In this document: in pieces, positions 41,795 through 52,140 of the stretch
Numbering within the stretch: the first letter of the stretch is position 1
Layout: every line of letters starts with the position of its first letter
NCBI GenBank assembly: GCA_020697715.1
Contig: JAEHCO010000004.1
Coordinates: 51,665-115,664 of the forward strand
Origin: Methanobacteriota archaeon
Lineage (GTDB): Archaea > Thermoplasmatota > Thermoplasmata > SG8-5 > JAGLSY01
Direction of reading: 5' to 3'
DNA length: 64,000 bases
Made by a program: the position numbers and the translations under genes
The notes under the pieces: generated by a model
The model's database searches: none
Seen by the model: only the letters and a program-made list of their open reading frames with translations
Told to the model about the DNA's origin: nothing

Positions 41795-44275
41795 TCACCA
41801 ATTAACAGTCCAAATTGTCTGAGATGGCACTCTAATCCAATACGCCTCGCCCTTCTTCAGCACATACGCATTGCTCATTTCCTGCAGTAGATATGTGCCG
41901 CCCTTGTCATAGCTCTCGACAATGGTCGCGCCAGTATCCAGCTTCAGGTCACCAACATCATAGCCCGCATCATCATCATTGGCAGGATATCCAATAAGGT
42001 TCCATCCCGCCCTCAGTGTGATGGCAGTGGATGTCGGTCTCGTACCCGTGAATGTCAGGTTACCATCACCTGTATTCGTGATATGTATCCATAGACCATC
42101 CTCATGGTCTATGTTCGCCAGATCGCTCAGGGTCGGGGCTGCTGCAATATTGATCTTCCATTGATCATCCGCGTCAGCTGCATCGTATTTGTAAACAATA
42201 TCCCAGGTAGTGAGACCATCGCCAGCGCTGTCATCAAGAACATTCGCGGTCGTGGTGTCCAAAGGTACCAGAGGTACTGAAATAAAATTCCAGCCAGCAT
42301 AAACCTTGACATTTGCAGTTATCTGGGTGAAGTAAGCGGTGATCACCTTATTGGTATTCATCGTTATAGATACGGGATTGGTTGAGCCAGTTAGGCTACC
42401 TTCCCAGTGATCGAACTCGTATCCGGGAATTGGATTTGCGGTCAACTGAACTATCGTGCCAGAATTGTAAGATGATTGGTTCGGGTTCTTTGTAACCGAA
42501 CCAGTTCCACCGGGTGATACCGAGACAGACAAAGTGTAAGTGATCGGTACAAAATGGGCCACAATGTTCTTGTCAGCACTCATTTTTATGACCACGGGGT
42601 TTGCGTCGCTATTAAGAGAGCCGGTCCATGATACGAATTTCCAGCCATCCGAAGGAATAGCTGTCAGGGTAACTGGATCATCAAAATTGTAGTTACTGGA
42701 ATTTGGATCCTTGGTGACCGAACCACTACCATCTACGGAAACTGATAATGTGAATTTTTCAGGAATGTAATGTATCTCATGATTATCCGCGGCATTAGGA
42801 TGACCAGATGTGGAGTATCCAGTTGCAGATTGGACATTGGGCTCCTCCCATACAATATGTGTCTTCCACACACCATCTATATTAGGACCCATGACCACGG
42901 TCACATTGCTGACATCAGCTTTAGCTTCTGGATCTGGCCAGCTGACGACATTATCCTTTTCCATGCCAGTCCAGTATTCTGGGAGCGAGCCTTCTTCTGC
43001 CGAGGACATATGAACTTCCTTTGACAGGGTCTTGCTTTCATCATCCAATTCAGACCATACCACATTCACATCTCTGTGGCTCCCGACAGCGATGGACACA
43101 TCACTTACAGGATTACCATCTGCGAAACTTACAGGCCAGTCATTTTCCACACCAAGCCATGATCCCGGATCACCATTCTTGCCTATGGATCCCGAATAGT
43201 ATATCTCAAGTGCCAGGCCGTCCTTGACCGTCCCCTGGCTCCATACAACATGAACATCATCACCATAGGCCGTCATATCAATTGACCTGATCACAGGCAT
43301 TTCTTCTCCACGACGACTTATGAAAGATTCATATTCCCAGCCCTCCTGACCAAAGGATGGAGAACGTGCGTACATGATCTCATTGGCTCCAGTTGCCTCA
43401 TCGACCTGAAACCATGCCACATGGACAAAGCGACCATCTACTCCACTGGTCGCTATAACAGGATCATAGGCAAAGTCCCTTGAATCCGAACTGCTGATCA
43501 TCATATCACCTTGAGCAGCTCCAGACCAGGTATTGCCACCATCTACAGATTGTGAATAAAAGATCTCCTGTCCATCGCCTTTGTTATTCATCTCGGACCA
43601 TGTCGCGTGGATAATATCGCTTTTGCCATCTTCAGATAGACTCATGGCTATAGTTGGTTCGGACACAGCAGGTGCATCTCCCTCGCCCCTTCTATCACTA
43701 ACTGGGATGTCAATAGGTATCCATGACAGGCCATTGTCCTCTGAACGTGTGTAAAGAACTTCCCAGGTATTGTCCTGATACAGCTCGGACCAGATAACAT
43801 GAATATGGCCATTAGAATCAATGGTCAAACTGGGATCCACTGCATCTCCAGCCATAGCCTCAAAGGGCATATCTCCGCCAGATGAACCCGATTTATCTAT
43901 CTGGCTAATAATGCGATCATCTTCGAAGTCCTCATCATTCGACCATTCCGATCCATGAGATTCGGGCAATGACATCGAATAGTGGATCTCGCTCAAGCCA
44001 GTATCTCGATTGATCTCATACCACACTGCATGGACCGAGCCAGCAAATTTATTATCTCTGGTCGCGGGAGTTTCAGGTGTTATCTCAATGTCGGGGTTGA
44101 TAGCATAATAATTATCATCGAAGGATATGATGAAATCCCCATCCACCTGAACATTGATCTCATCAGAAGGAGCGGATCCCCACACAAGGCCAATACCAGA
44201 AATAAGCATTATGGACAAAGCTAAAGTTACCAATTTCCTACTACTGATTCCCATCGTATTATCTTCATCCCACAT
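41795..44275 (-). CDS. Secreted BNR/Asp-box beta-propeller-like protein with two InlB-B-like repeats and a conserved GWN-motif C-terminal domain
   Basis: HVxWxE...EIxYxxSxDxGxxW repeats; LTA.P..G..F..W.G repeats; GWNFISVP/GWNLIGYP/GEAYWI. Confidence 0.78.
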   Translation of the reverse strand: MWDEDNTMGISSRKLVTLALSIMLISGIGLVWGSAPSDEINVQVDGDFIISFDDNYYAINPDIEITPETPATRDNKFAGSVHAVWYEINRDTGLSEIHYSMSLPESHGSEWSNDEDFEDDRIISQIDKSGSSGGDMPFEAMAGDAVDPSLTIDSNGHIHVIWSELYQDNTWEVLYTRSEDNGLSWIPIDIPVSDRRGEGDAPAVSEPTIAMSLSEDGKSDIIHATWSEMNNKGDGQEIFYSQSVDGGNTWSGAAQGDMMISSSDSRDFAYDPVIATSGVDGRFVHVAWFQVDEATGANEIMYARSPSFGQEGWEYESFISRRGEEMPVIRSIDMTAYGDDVHVVWSQGTVKDGLALEIYYSGSIGKNGDPGSWLGVENDWPVSFADGNPVSDVSIAVGSHRDVNVVWSELDDESKTLSKEVHMSSAEEGSLPEYWTGMEKDNVVSWPDPEAKADVSNVTVVMGPNIDGVWKTHIVWEEPNVQSATGYSTSGHPNAADNHEIHYIPEKFTLSVSVDGSGSVTKDPNSSNYNFDDPVTLTAIPSDGWKFVSWTGSLNSDANPVVIKMSADKNIVAHFVPITYTLSVSVSPGGTGSVTKNPNQSSYNSGTIVQLTANPIPGYEFDHWEGSLTGSTNPVSITMNTNKVITAYFTQITANVKVYAGWNFISVPLVPLDTTTANVLDDSAGDGLTTWDIVYKYDAADADDQWKINIAAAPTLSDLANIDHEDGLWIHITNTGDGNLTFTGTRPTSTAITLRAGWNLIGYPANDDDAGYDVGDLKLDTGATIVESYDKGGTYLLQEMSNAYVLKKGEAYWIRVPSQTIWTVNW

Positions 44276-44374
44276 TTGACCGACCTCAAATCCGATAAAA
44301 CACATCAGTTCTCAAAGGTTATAAACCTTTGCGCGTAAAGGCTGATAATTTGTTAATGTTCACTATGGCTTTGA

Positions 44375-46474
44375 TTACCAATCAATAGTCCATGAAACAT
44401 CAGAACTGACCTTGATCCAATATGCTTCACCACGTTTCATGACATATGAGTCTGCCAGACTCTGGAGCAAGTATGTACCTCCAGAGTCGTATCCCTCAAC
44501 TGTCTGAACACCTGTTACATTGGCCTTAAGGTCAGCAATGTTGTAGGCTGAATCATTCTGGGCAGGATAACCGACCAGATTCCAACCAGCTTTCAAGTTG
44601 ATGATAGTTGATGTTGGATAGTCCCCCGCAAAGGACAGATTGCCATCACCCAGGCTAGTTATCTTTATCCAAAAGCCCATGGAATGGTCGATCGTGGAAA
44701 GATCGGCCAGACCGGATATCGCATTATTGTAGAATTTCCAGGGGTCCGCCGCATCAGTTGCATCATACCAGTACACGTCGCTCCAGGTTGTCGCACTGTC
44801 ACCCCAAGAATCGTCCAGTACTGTGGTTATGGTCTCATCGTTCTGAACAAGAGGCACTGAAATAAAATTCCAACCAGTACTGGCTATCGGAATATTGTAT
44901 GTTGTCTCGGGAATATAATGTATCTCATGATTATCGGCAGCCATGGTGGTGGTTCCACCCCGGGTATTATCAACAGTCGATAGGACATTCAACTCATTCC
45001 ATATCACCTGAGTTTTCCATTCTCCATCGATATTGGCCATACTGATCGAAGGAGAATAGGCATTGGCAAGCTCCAATGGGTCTGGAAAACTTATCACATT
45101 ATCCTCCATAACTCCTGTCCACGGACTGGCACCAAATGCATCAGGGGTCATGGAATAATGTATCTCCGTAGAGCCTAAAGGACTGAGGTCATCAGTCTCG
45201 GTCCATACAACATGAACTTCGGTTCCTCCAGAGCCCGGAGAGGTTGTTATCACTGGATCCATGACCGGGTTGCCATCAGGAGAGCTTATCATACGCTGTT
45301 CCAACTGACTGGTCCATGATCCACCATTATCCTCCGAGCCTCCATAATATATCTCGGATTGCATGGTCGTGCTATCCATATCCCATACTGCGTGTACATT
45401 ATCACCATAGGCATCGACCCTGGCAGTGAAGGCATAATGGTCCAGAGCAGGCATATTGATCAAACGCGGTGGTTCCCAATTATCACCACTATCCATTGAC
45501 CTTACATAGAAGATGCCAGTTCCCCAGCCAGGTAATATTTCGACATCCTGGGTCCAGATAACATGTAATATTTTATTATCCTGACCTCCCGAAGCCAGAT
45601 CGACCATATTGGCGCTTTCCATGGAGAAGGGGTCACTGATGACACGATCCCCGTCCATCGCTCCAGACCAGGTCTGGCCATCGTCCAGGGAACGAGAGTA
45701 CATGGCCCTCATCGCTTCTCCATTAACTAGCTCACTCCATGTTACATGAATGATCGTAGGATTACTGCTGACTACCACTCTTGGCGAATTTATCCAGAAT
45801 GAATCCAATCCAAAGCCGGCCCTGTAACTTACCAAGGTCTCGCTCTCACCATCATAACCAGACCAGGTCTGGCCATTGTCAGTGGATCGAGAATAATGCA
45901 CTTCCCATGTGAAATCAGGATAGCTCTGGGACCAGACGACGTGGATAGTGCCCTGAGCATCAATTGTAATGGATGGATAGTATGCATCTCCCTCTATAGA
46001 AGTGCTCTCTGCAGAATTACTGAGAATTGTATCATTCTCACTGGCCTCATCATTACTCCACTCAATGCCTTTCTGGTTTGCATCGGACATTGAATAATGG
46101 ATCTCGGAATAAGGAATATCACCGACCTCATTATTGAGTTCCATCCAAACACAGTGAATGGACCCCTCCCAGGGACTTCCTGGTGGTGCCACAGCGATAT
46201 CCGGCATCTCTGCATCTTGTGTTCCTGGCTCATCATAGCTGATTACGAAATCACCATAACCAGACCAATCTGCTGGCGGAATTGGTACGGGTTCGGATGT
46301 GGGTTCAGGGATCGGTGTATTGGCAAGAAGCTCATTGGTATCAGACACCTCGAATGTGGTCGATGGCCCAACTACACTCAGGCACAAAGCCAGTACTGTA
46401 AATATTATCAATAATGGACTGGTATTTTTTGATATTGTTTTTATCAGATCACCTAATATCATCTTCTCACCCAA
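44375..46474 (-). CDS. Paralogous secreted BNR-repeat protein with GWN-motif C-terminal domain, lacking B-repeats
   Basis: SRSTDNGQTW and SRSLDDGQTW Asp-boxes; same C-terminal domain as 41795-44275. Confidence 0.78.
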   Translation of the reverse strand: MGEKMILGDLIKTISKNTSPLLIIFTVLALCLSVVGPSTTFEVSDTNELLANTPIPEPTSEPVPIPPADWSGYGDFVISYDEPGTQDAEMPDIAVAPPGSPWEGSIHCVWMELNNEVGDIPYSEIHYSMSDANQKGIEWSNDEASENDTILSNSAESTSIEGDAYYPSITIDAQGTIHVVWSQSYPDFTWEVHYSRSTDNGQTWSGYDGESETLVSYRAGFGLDSFWINSPRVVVSSNPTIIHVTWSELVNGEAMRAMYSRSLDDGQTWSGAMDGDRVISDPFSMESANMVDLASGGQDNKILHVIWTQDVEILPGWGTGIFYVRSMDSGDNWEPPRLINMPALDHYAFTARVDAYGDNVHAVWDMDSTTMQSEIYYGGSEDNGGSWTSQLEQRMISSPDGNPVMDPVITTSPGSGGTEVHVVWTETDDLSPLGSTEIHYSMTPDAFGASPWTGVMEDNVISFPDPLELANAYSPSISMANIDGEWKTQVIWNELNVLSTVDNTRGGTTTMAADNHEIHYIPETTYNIPIASTGWNFISVPLVQNDETITTVLDDSWGDSATTWSDVYWYDATDAADPWKFYNNAISGLADLSTIDHSMGFWIKITSLGDGNLSFAGDYPTSTIINLKAGWNLVGYPAQNDSAYNIADLKANVTGVQTVEGYDSGGTYLLQSLADSYVMKRGEAYWIKVSSDVSWTIDW

Positions 46475-46562
46475 CTATAATGTTAATGCATAACAAGTCA
46501 TAAATAATTTGTTACATCGAATATGAAAATGAATCATGTGACAGGTATATAGATGCTGGATT

Positions 46563-49532
46563 TCATAGTTCATCAAGCTTCTGAACTATCTTATCTATCA
46601 TATTGGCCGTACCCAATTCCTTGAAAATGGAAAGAGCCAGCTCAAGTCGCTCTCTGGCTGCGGTATTATCTCCTTTGCTCATCTGCGCTATTCCATAGGC
46701 ATAATATGCCTCAGCCTGCCTGATAGGGTCGTCGATCTCACTGCTTACGCCTATTCCCTTGTCAAAGAGCTCGAAAGCGACATCCCATTGACCTTTTCTT
46801 GACATGACATTGCCTTTTATCCAAAATACATGGGCCAGGATATCCTTGAACTCATGCTCTTCTGCCAATTCTATGGCATTATCACAATGGGCAAGCGCCT
46901 CCTCAAGTTGCCCAAGCTCGATCTCGCTTTCTCCCAGGTTGCTGAAGGCCCTGGCAATTCCCCAGGTATCACCTATCGCTTTCACAACTCCAAGGTATTT
47001 GACAAAATATTCCTTCGCAGTCTCATAATCGCCCATCTGGACATAGATAGAGCCCAGATTATTGTAGGCATTGGCAATTCCACTCAAGTCTCCGATCTTC
47101 AATCGGATCTCCAGACTCTTTTTGTAACTCGATATGGAAGTCTCCATATCGCCCTTCACTTTCTGAATTATACCAATATTATTGTAGGCCATGGCCATTC
47201 CGCGAATGTCACCCAGCTTCTTTTTTATTCCAAGGCATCTCTCATAATGCTCCATTGCCTCGGTCGTCTTCCCCATCTTATCATGCGCGACACCGAGATT
47301 GTTCAATGCATACGCAATGCCCTGCTCATCCTCGGCCAATTCCATATTTAGAAGTGATGATAACCACATGTCCACGGTCTTGGAATAATCGCTCTTGTGA
47401 TAATAGACCCCTCCAAGATTGAGATAGGCCTGGCCGATCTCCTTATGATCGTCCATTTCTTTGCTGACATTGAGATAATTCTCCTGATATTCTAGAGAAA
47501 GGTCGTATTCCCCCTTTCTCAAATACACCTTGCCGAGACCACCATATGAACCAGCCAGCAAGAGTTCATCCCCGGCCTCTTTGGCCTGCTGGATCGCACT
47601 CTCAAAACTCTCGATGGACAGGTCATATTCGCCCTTGCTGAGATATATGGACCCCAATCCTTTATCGATGCTGGCAATCATAGAGCACTCGGTACAGGCT
47701 TCGCGTGCTTTTTGGGACGACATTATCGCCTCATCATACATGCCATTCAATTCATAAAGGCTGGTAAGAGTGATATTGACATCCAGTAATCGGTTATTTC
47801 TCATTCCGCTAATACTTATCAAGCGGGATGCGTCCTCATAAAAGACAGCCGCTTCCTTCGGAGCATAGTTATTCGCAGCCTTTTCTCCGGCCTCGATCGA
47901 ATAATCAATGCCTTTTTCATACTCGCTAGTTCGGGCAAAATGCCTGGCTAACTTGAATAAAACGCTGTCAATATCATATTCATACAGGAATTCGATGGTA
48001 TGTCCAGCTGTCCTATGCAGGACATTATGCCATCTCTGGCTCAGGCCGGAATATATGGCTTCCTGGACCATCCCATGCCGGAAGTTGTATTCTCCATCCT
48101 CATTGGTGGAAAGTAGCTCTTTCTCGCACAGCATGTCGAGGATAACTTTGACCCTCTGGGCATCCATTTCCACGCCCATGCTTATCACCTGAGGATCGAA
48201 TACAGTTCCCAGCACCGAAGCGAATTCGATCACATGGATGGTATCCAGGCTCATGGATTCCAATTGCCTGGAAACAATATCTGCGGCTGATGAGGGGATC
48301 AATTCCGCCTGCTCGCTCTTGAATATCCAAAGGCCATCTTCCTCGAATATTATCTTCTGTGCCAGCATTGTTCTTAGAACCTCTATCGTGAAGAAAGGAT
48401 TGCCACCGATCTCTTTGTGGACCATCTCTACCAGGCCATCTGGAATATCAGATCCACCGAGAATTCCAGATATAAGAGAACGAGTATCATCAAAAGATAG
48501 ACTATCCAATATGATCTCCTCGATGATAGATTCTGTCTTCATGGCATCGATGACTTCGGCGAGCATATCGGGCATATTATCTGGCTCATAGGTACAGCAT
48601 ATCATGATCCGGTCATCACGGAGATTTCTCGAGAGATAGGGAATTGCCTGTAAAGTTGTCTCGTCAGCAAGATGAATGTCCTCCAGTACAAGCAGAAGAC
48701 CATTCTCCGCCTTGCTTTCCAGAACCTCCTGTATCTTCATCTGGGTTGCCAATCGTTCTGCCTCTATGTTCATGGATTCCAGGGTCTTCCGAACAGGATA
48801 TTTATTCTTCATCAGCCTGCCCAGCACTTCACCTGTACCACTCACACTATCCAGATCGCCATCCCAATCGCGCAGGATGTCACTGAACTCGGATTCCACA
48901 GCATCCAGTATCCTGTTCAGATCGCCCTTCATACGAGGATGTTCCTCCCCAGAGACAACACCTGCAAGGAACACGAAATCACCGTGTTCCAGCAATACTT
49001 TTTTATTCCTGTATTCCAGCCTACCCAGACCACCATCGATGGTCGGCATTTCACCATCACCAAAAGAGTCTTTGACAAAATCCTGAACAGCTGTCAGCAT
49101 GGAGCTGAGAATGTCCTCATCAACACTTTCATCCTCGGAACTGGATAGATGAGTTATGAGAAGTCCCACTCGGCTTATCAAGAAAAGCTCATCGAAAGAA
49201 GTATGATCCTCAAGGCTGAGAGCTTGAGTATCACCAAGCGAGGCCAGTGCTTTCCTGAAGGGATTGTAAGGTTCGGAGCCTTCAGTTGAGGTCGCATGGC
49301 CGATGGAAATGACAGCATTTGCGGAACTGGCCTCATCCAAGATGATCTGCGCCAGGGTCGATTTACCAGACCCTGCTTCGCCTCCAATAAGAACAGTCTG
49401 GCCGCTACCTTTCAATGACTGTTCCAGGCTTGAGCGAAGACTGGCCAGCTCCTTTTCTCTTCCAATTATATCTATGGTAGCTTCCACCATTGTACCTGAA
49501 TATACTTCGTGATATTTAGGTTTGTACATCAT
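46563..49532 (-). CDS. STAND-like (AAA_16-type) ATPase with inserted roadblock/longin-like domain and C-terminal TPR array
   Basis: IIGREKEL, GEAGSGKST, LEDIHLAD and GGNPFF motifs; multiple AxAYNNLG-type TPRs. Confidence 0.85.
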   Translation of the reverse strand: MMYKPKYHEVYSGTMVEATIDIIGREKELASLRSSLEQSLKGSGQTVLIGGEAGSGKSTLAQIILDEASSANAVISIGHATSTEGSEPYNPFRKALASLGDTQALSLEDHTSFDELFLISRVGLLITHLSSSEDESVDEDILSSMLTAVQDFVKDSFGDGEMPTIDGGLGRLEYRNKKVLLEHGDFVFLAGVVSGEEHPRMKGDLNRILDAVESEFSDILRDWDGDLDSVSGTGEVLGRLMKNKYPVRKTLESMNIEAERLATQMKIQEVLESKAENGLLLVLEDIHLADETTLQAIPYLSRNLRDDRIMICCTYEPDNMPDMLAEVIDAMKTESIIEEIILDSLSFDDTRSLISGILGGSDIPDGLVEMVHKEIGGNPFFTIEVLRTMLAQKIIFEEDGLWIFKSEQAELIPSSAADIVSRQLESMSLDTIHVIEFASVLGTVFDPQVISMGVEMDAQRVKVILDMLCEKELLSTNEDGEYNFRHGMVQEAIYSGLSQRWHNVLHRTAGHTIEFLYEYDIDSVLFKLARHFARTSEYEKGIDYSIEAGEKAANNYAPKEAAVFYEDASRLISISGMRNNRLLDVNITLTSLYELNGMYDEAIMSSQKAREACTECSMIASIDKGLGSIYLSKGEYDLSIESFESAIQQAKEAGDELLLAGSYGGLGKVYLRKGEYDLSLEYQENYLNVSKEMDDHKEIGQAYLNLGGVYYHKSDYSKTVDMWLSSLLNMELAEDEQGIAYALNNLGVAHDKMGKTTEAMEHYERCLGIKKKLGDIRGMAMAYNNIGIIQKVKGDMETSISSYKKSLEIRLKIGDLSGIANAYNNLGSIYVQMGDYETAKEYFVKYLGVVKAIGDTWGIARAFSNLGESEIELGQLEEALAHCDNAIELAEEHEFKDILAHVFWIKGNVMSRKGQWDVAFELFDKGIGVSSEIDDPIRQAEAYYAYGIAQMSKGDNTAARERLELALSIFKELGTANMIDKIVQKLDEL

Positions 49533-49613
49533 TATACATACACTATTCCCGACATTCTTTCACAAAAAAGTGTACAACAATGCATATATACACGAAATTA
49601 CAATTGAGTTAAT

Positions 49614-49937
49614 GTGGTGAAGATGAGAGAATCCAAGAAATATTTGATGTTGATACCTTTGAAATTCGGACTGGCACTTGGGATGGTGTCAATGTTCTGG
49701 TTTGTGTTCTTCAGCTATCTGGAATACGGGTCTGGCATGACCAGTGTGATCCATAATGAGCTGCCTTATTTTTCAGTCCTGATGGGGATTATACTAAGTC
49801 TGAACTGTCTCGTGGAGATGGTATTTAATTATCTGGACAAGAGCTCGTCAGAGATATCATTGGAAAGGTATACTATCAGGCGTGGAGGACTGGCATTGAC
49901 AAGCCATGCCCCAGTGCCGATACTCATTGATGAATAA
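49614..49937 (+). CDS. Small hypothetical membrane protein (2 TM)
   Basis: Two hydrophobic segments; no recognised motif. Confidence 0.5.
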   Translation: MVKMRESKKYLMLIPLKFGLALGMVSMFWFVFFSYLEYGSGMTSVIHNELPYFSVLMGIILSLNCLVEMVFNYLDKSSSEISLERYTIRRGGLALTSHAPVPILIDE

Positions 49938-50053
49938 GTTATTTCAAAAACATAGCATCTGTGTTGTTCCAGCTTTAGCCAGAGTTCATCCAGTCCAATA
50001 TGTTTCGGCACACCAAATCGCAAAGCTTTATCTTATGGCAATGGATTCCAGAT

Positions 50054-50998
50054 ATGATGTCTGAAGGACCCTGCATATCTGATGAAGCTCTGGAGGAGAA
50101 GGATAAGTGCAATCGCACATCCATTATCCTGAATGCTCTTCTTTTCATATCAAAGTTCATCATCGGCATATTATCCATGTCAATGTCGATCCTATCAGAT
50201 GCGATTGACAGTGGTATCGATGTCATCACCTCGGCGATGGCCAGATATTCAGTTCAGAAGGCGCATGAACCCGCGGACGAGGATCATAGTTATGGCCATG
50301 GGAAATACGAGAATTTATCTGGTCTCATTCAGGCGATCATCATTGTATTGATCGCCATTGGCATCATCCTGGAAGCCATAAGGAGGATCATCACTGGCGT
50401 GGTCCTTGAAAGCCTTGATCTTGGCATAGTGATCATGCTGGTCTCTATCGTGGTCAAGTTCGGCCTGTCGGGAAAGATGCTGGGTATCGCCAAAAAGCAT
50501 GATTCTGTGGCCATGGAGGCAAATGCATACAATCTGAGAGCGGATGTATGGATGTCATTCGGTGTATTGGCATCACTGGCCATCATCAAGTTCGGTGAAC
50601 CCTATTTGAACAATATCGAGTATATCGATCCAGTATTGGCGATCATCATCGGCATCATGATAATGAGATCTGCCTTTGACATAGGGAAGAGGTCCAGCCA
50701 GGATCTTTTAGATGCTCAACTTCCAGAAGATGAATTGAAGGTCGTCAAGGAGATCATGACAAAGCATGAGACTGACCTGCTGGACTATCACAGGTTCAGA
50801 GCCAGGAAGTCTGGCAATGAGAGACATATAGACATGCACATCGTTGTTCCGAAAGATATCAGCATACTGGATGCCCATAAGATAACAGATGACATTGAGG
50901 CCGAGATAAAAGAAAAGGTGGAGAATGTCTCCGTGGTCATCCATGTCGACCCATGCGAAGGGAATTGCACAGCATGCGATAAGAAGGATGATAAATAA
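50054..50998 (+). CDS. Cation diffusion facilitator (FieF-like)
   Basis: SDAIDS, PADEDHSYGHGKYE, NLRAD and HKITDDIE motifs. Confidence 0.92.
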   Translation: MMSEGPCISDEALEEKDKCNRTSIILNALLFISKFIIGILSMSMSILSDAIDSGIDVITSAMARYSVQKAHEPADEDHSYGHGKYENLSGLIQAIIIVLIAIGIILEAIRRIITGVVLESLDLGIVIMLVSIVVKFGLSGKMLGIAKKHDSVAMEANAYNLRADVWMSFGVLASLAIIKFGEPYLNNIEYIDPVLAIIIGIMIMRSAFDIGKRSSQDLLDAQLPEDELKVVKEIMTKHETDLLDYHRFRARKSGNERHIDMHIVVPKDISILDAHKITDDIEAEIKEKVENVSVVIHVDPCEGNCTACDKKDDK

Positions 50999-51015
50999 GC
51001 ATTAAAATTAAAGGG

Positions 51016-51600
51016 TTAATTCACAGCCTGGCTCGATCTATCTCTCACCCTGCCATTTATACAAACAAATCTCATATCGGATCTTGGTCTGGAATCAACT
51101 GGCGGAGATATTGCAGGCGCAGCTGAAGCCTCGGGACCCGGTTTTTCACACGCCCCATAGCTACCATCGGGTATGATGACGCGGATCTTTCTCTTCACAT
51201 ACACTGGCCTCACCCGGATAATTTTCTTTGCAGAACTCTTTCTGACCCGGTGGTCCACATTTATCGAAGGGCGTATCTTCGATATGGTGATCTTCAGAAG
51301 CAGCATGATCCCGATAAAGATCATGCTGGCAATAAGTACCGCACGCCAGTCATTGGCGATCTGGGGTATGTCCATCTTCTGTTTTTCAAGGTCCAGAAGA
51401 TTTCCATCGGTCTGTGTGGCTGTGGCATCATCACTTGTTTCGGATATACCAGTATCCGGAACTGATCCGGTATCACTTGTATCCATACCTATGCGTGTGG
51501 ATGAATCGGCCTCCTCAGCACCTGTGCCAGAAATTAATAAAGTGAATAATATAATTAAGGTACATATATAAATGACATTCTTTTTTGATGATCGCACCAT
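51016..51600 (-). CDS. Hypothetical membrane protein
   Basis: Signal-like N-terminus, S/T/D-rich linker, TM helix and basic tail. Confidence 0.55.
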   Translation of the reverse strand: MVRSSKKNVIYICTLIILFTLLISGTGAEEADSSTRIGMDTSDTGSVPDTGISETSDDATATQTDGNLLDLEKQKMDIPQIANDWRAVLIASMIFIGIMLLLKITISKIRPSINVDHRVRKSSAKKIIRVRPVYVKRKIRVIIPDGSYGACEKPGPEASAAPAISPPVDSRPRSDMRFVCINGRVRDRSSQAVN

Positions 51601-51729
51601 GTAATAAATGATATGGCCAGGAGCCTATAAATAATTTGTCCAATCATTATCATAATTTATAAAATTATAATGAAATGAACTTGAAAGTATTATGAAAAAC
51701 TAGAGACCAGACCGATTTCAACGGCCTGG

Positions 51730-52140
51730 TTAAGCTACGAAAAGCTTGACCTCCACCACCTTCTTTGCAGAGCCCATCTCGAAGACCATTTCCTTGACCT
51801 TCTCCGCCATGCCAGCAAATATCAGTATATCACAACAACTTTCCGAACTTTCGCGAAAATCCGTGTGCATGAAAGATTTGATGATATCCATGTTCTTGTG
51901 GCGGATCTCGGAGACCTCTGGCTCGGCCGCGTGATCATACAGGGCGATGATGATGCCTTCCACTCTACCGGACATCTTATCGGTATCCATCTTGGATCTC
52001 GTGAAAAGATGGATCGCATCCCGTATCAACTCAGAACGATTGGAATAGCCCATGTCCACAACAAGATCCTCAATATCGCGAGCTTGCTGGCCAGGTACAC
52101 TGAATGATAATATCTCGGTATCCTTGCCCTTGGCGGTCAT
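51730..52140 (-). CDS. nikR: NikR-like ribbon-helix-helix metalloregulator
   Basis: SFSVP...GYSNRSELIRDAI plus ACT-like C-domain with YDH...RH...MH...CC. Confidence 0.8.
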   Translation of the reverse strand: MTAKGKDTEILSFSVPGQQARDIEDLVVDMGYSNRSELIRDAIHLFTRSKMDTDKMSGRVEGIIIALYDHAAEPEVSEIRHKNMDIIKSFMHTDFRESSESCCDILIFAGMAEKVKEMVFEMGSAKKVVEVKLFVA

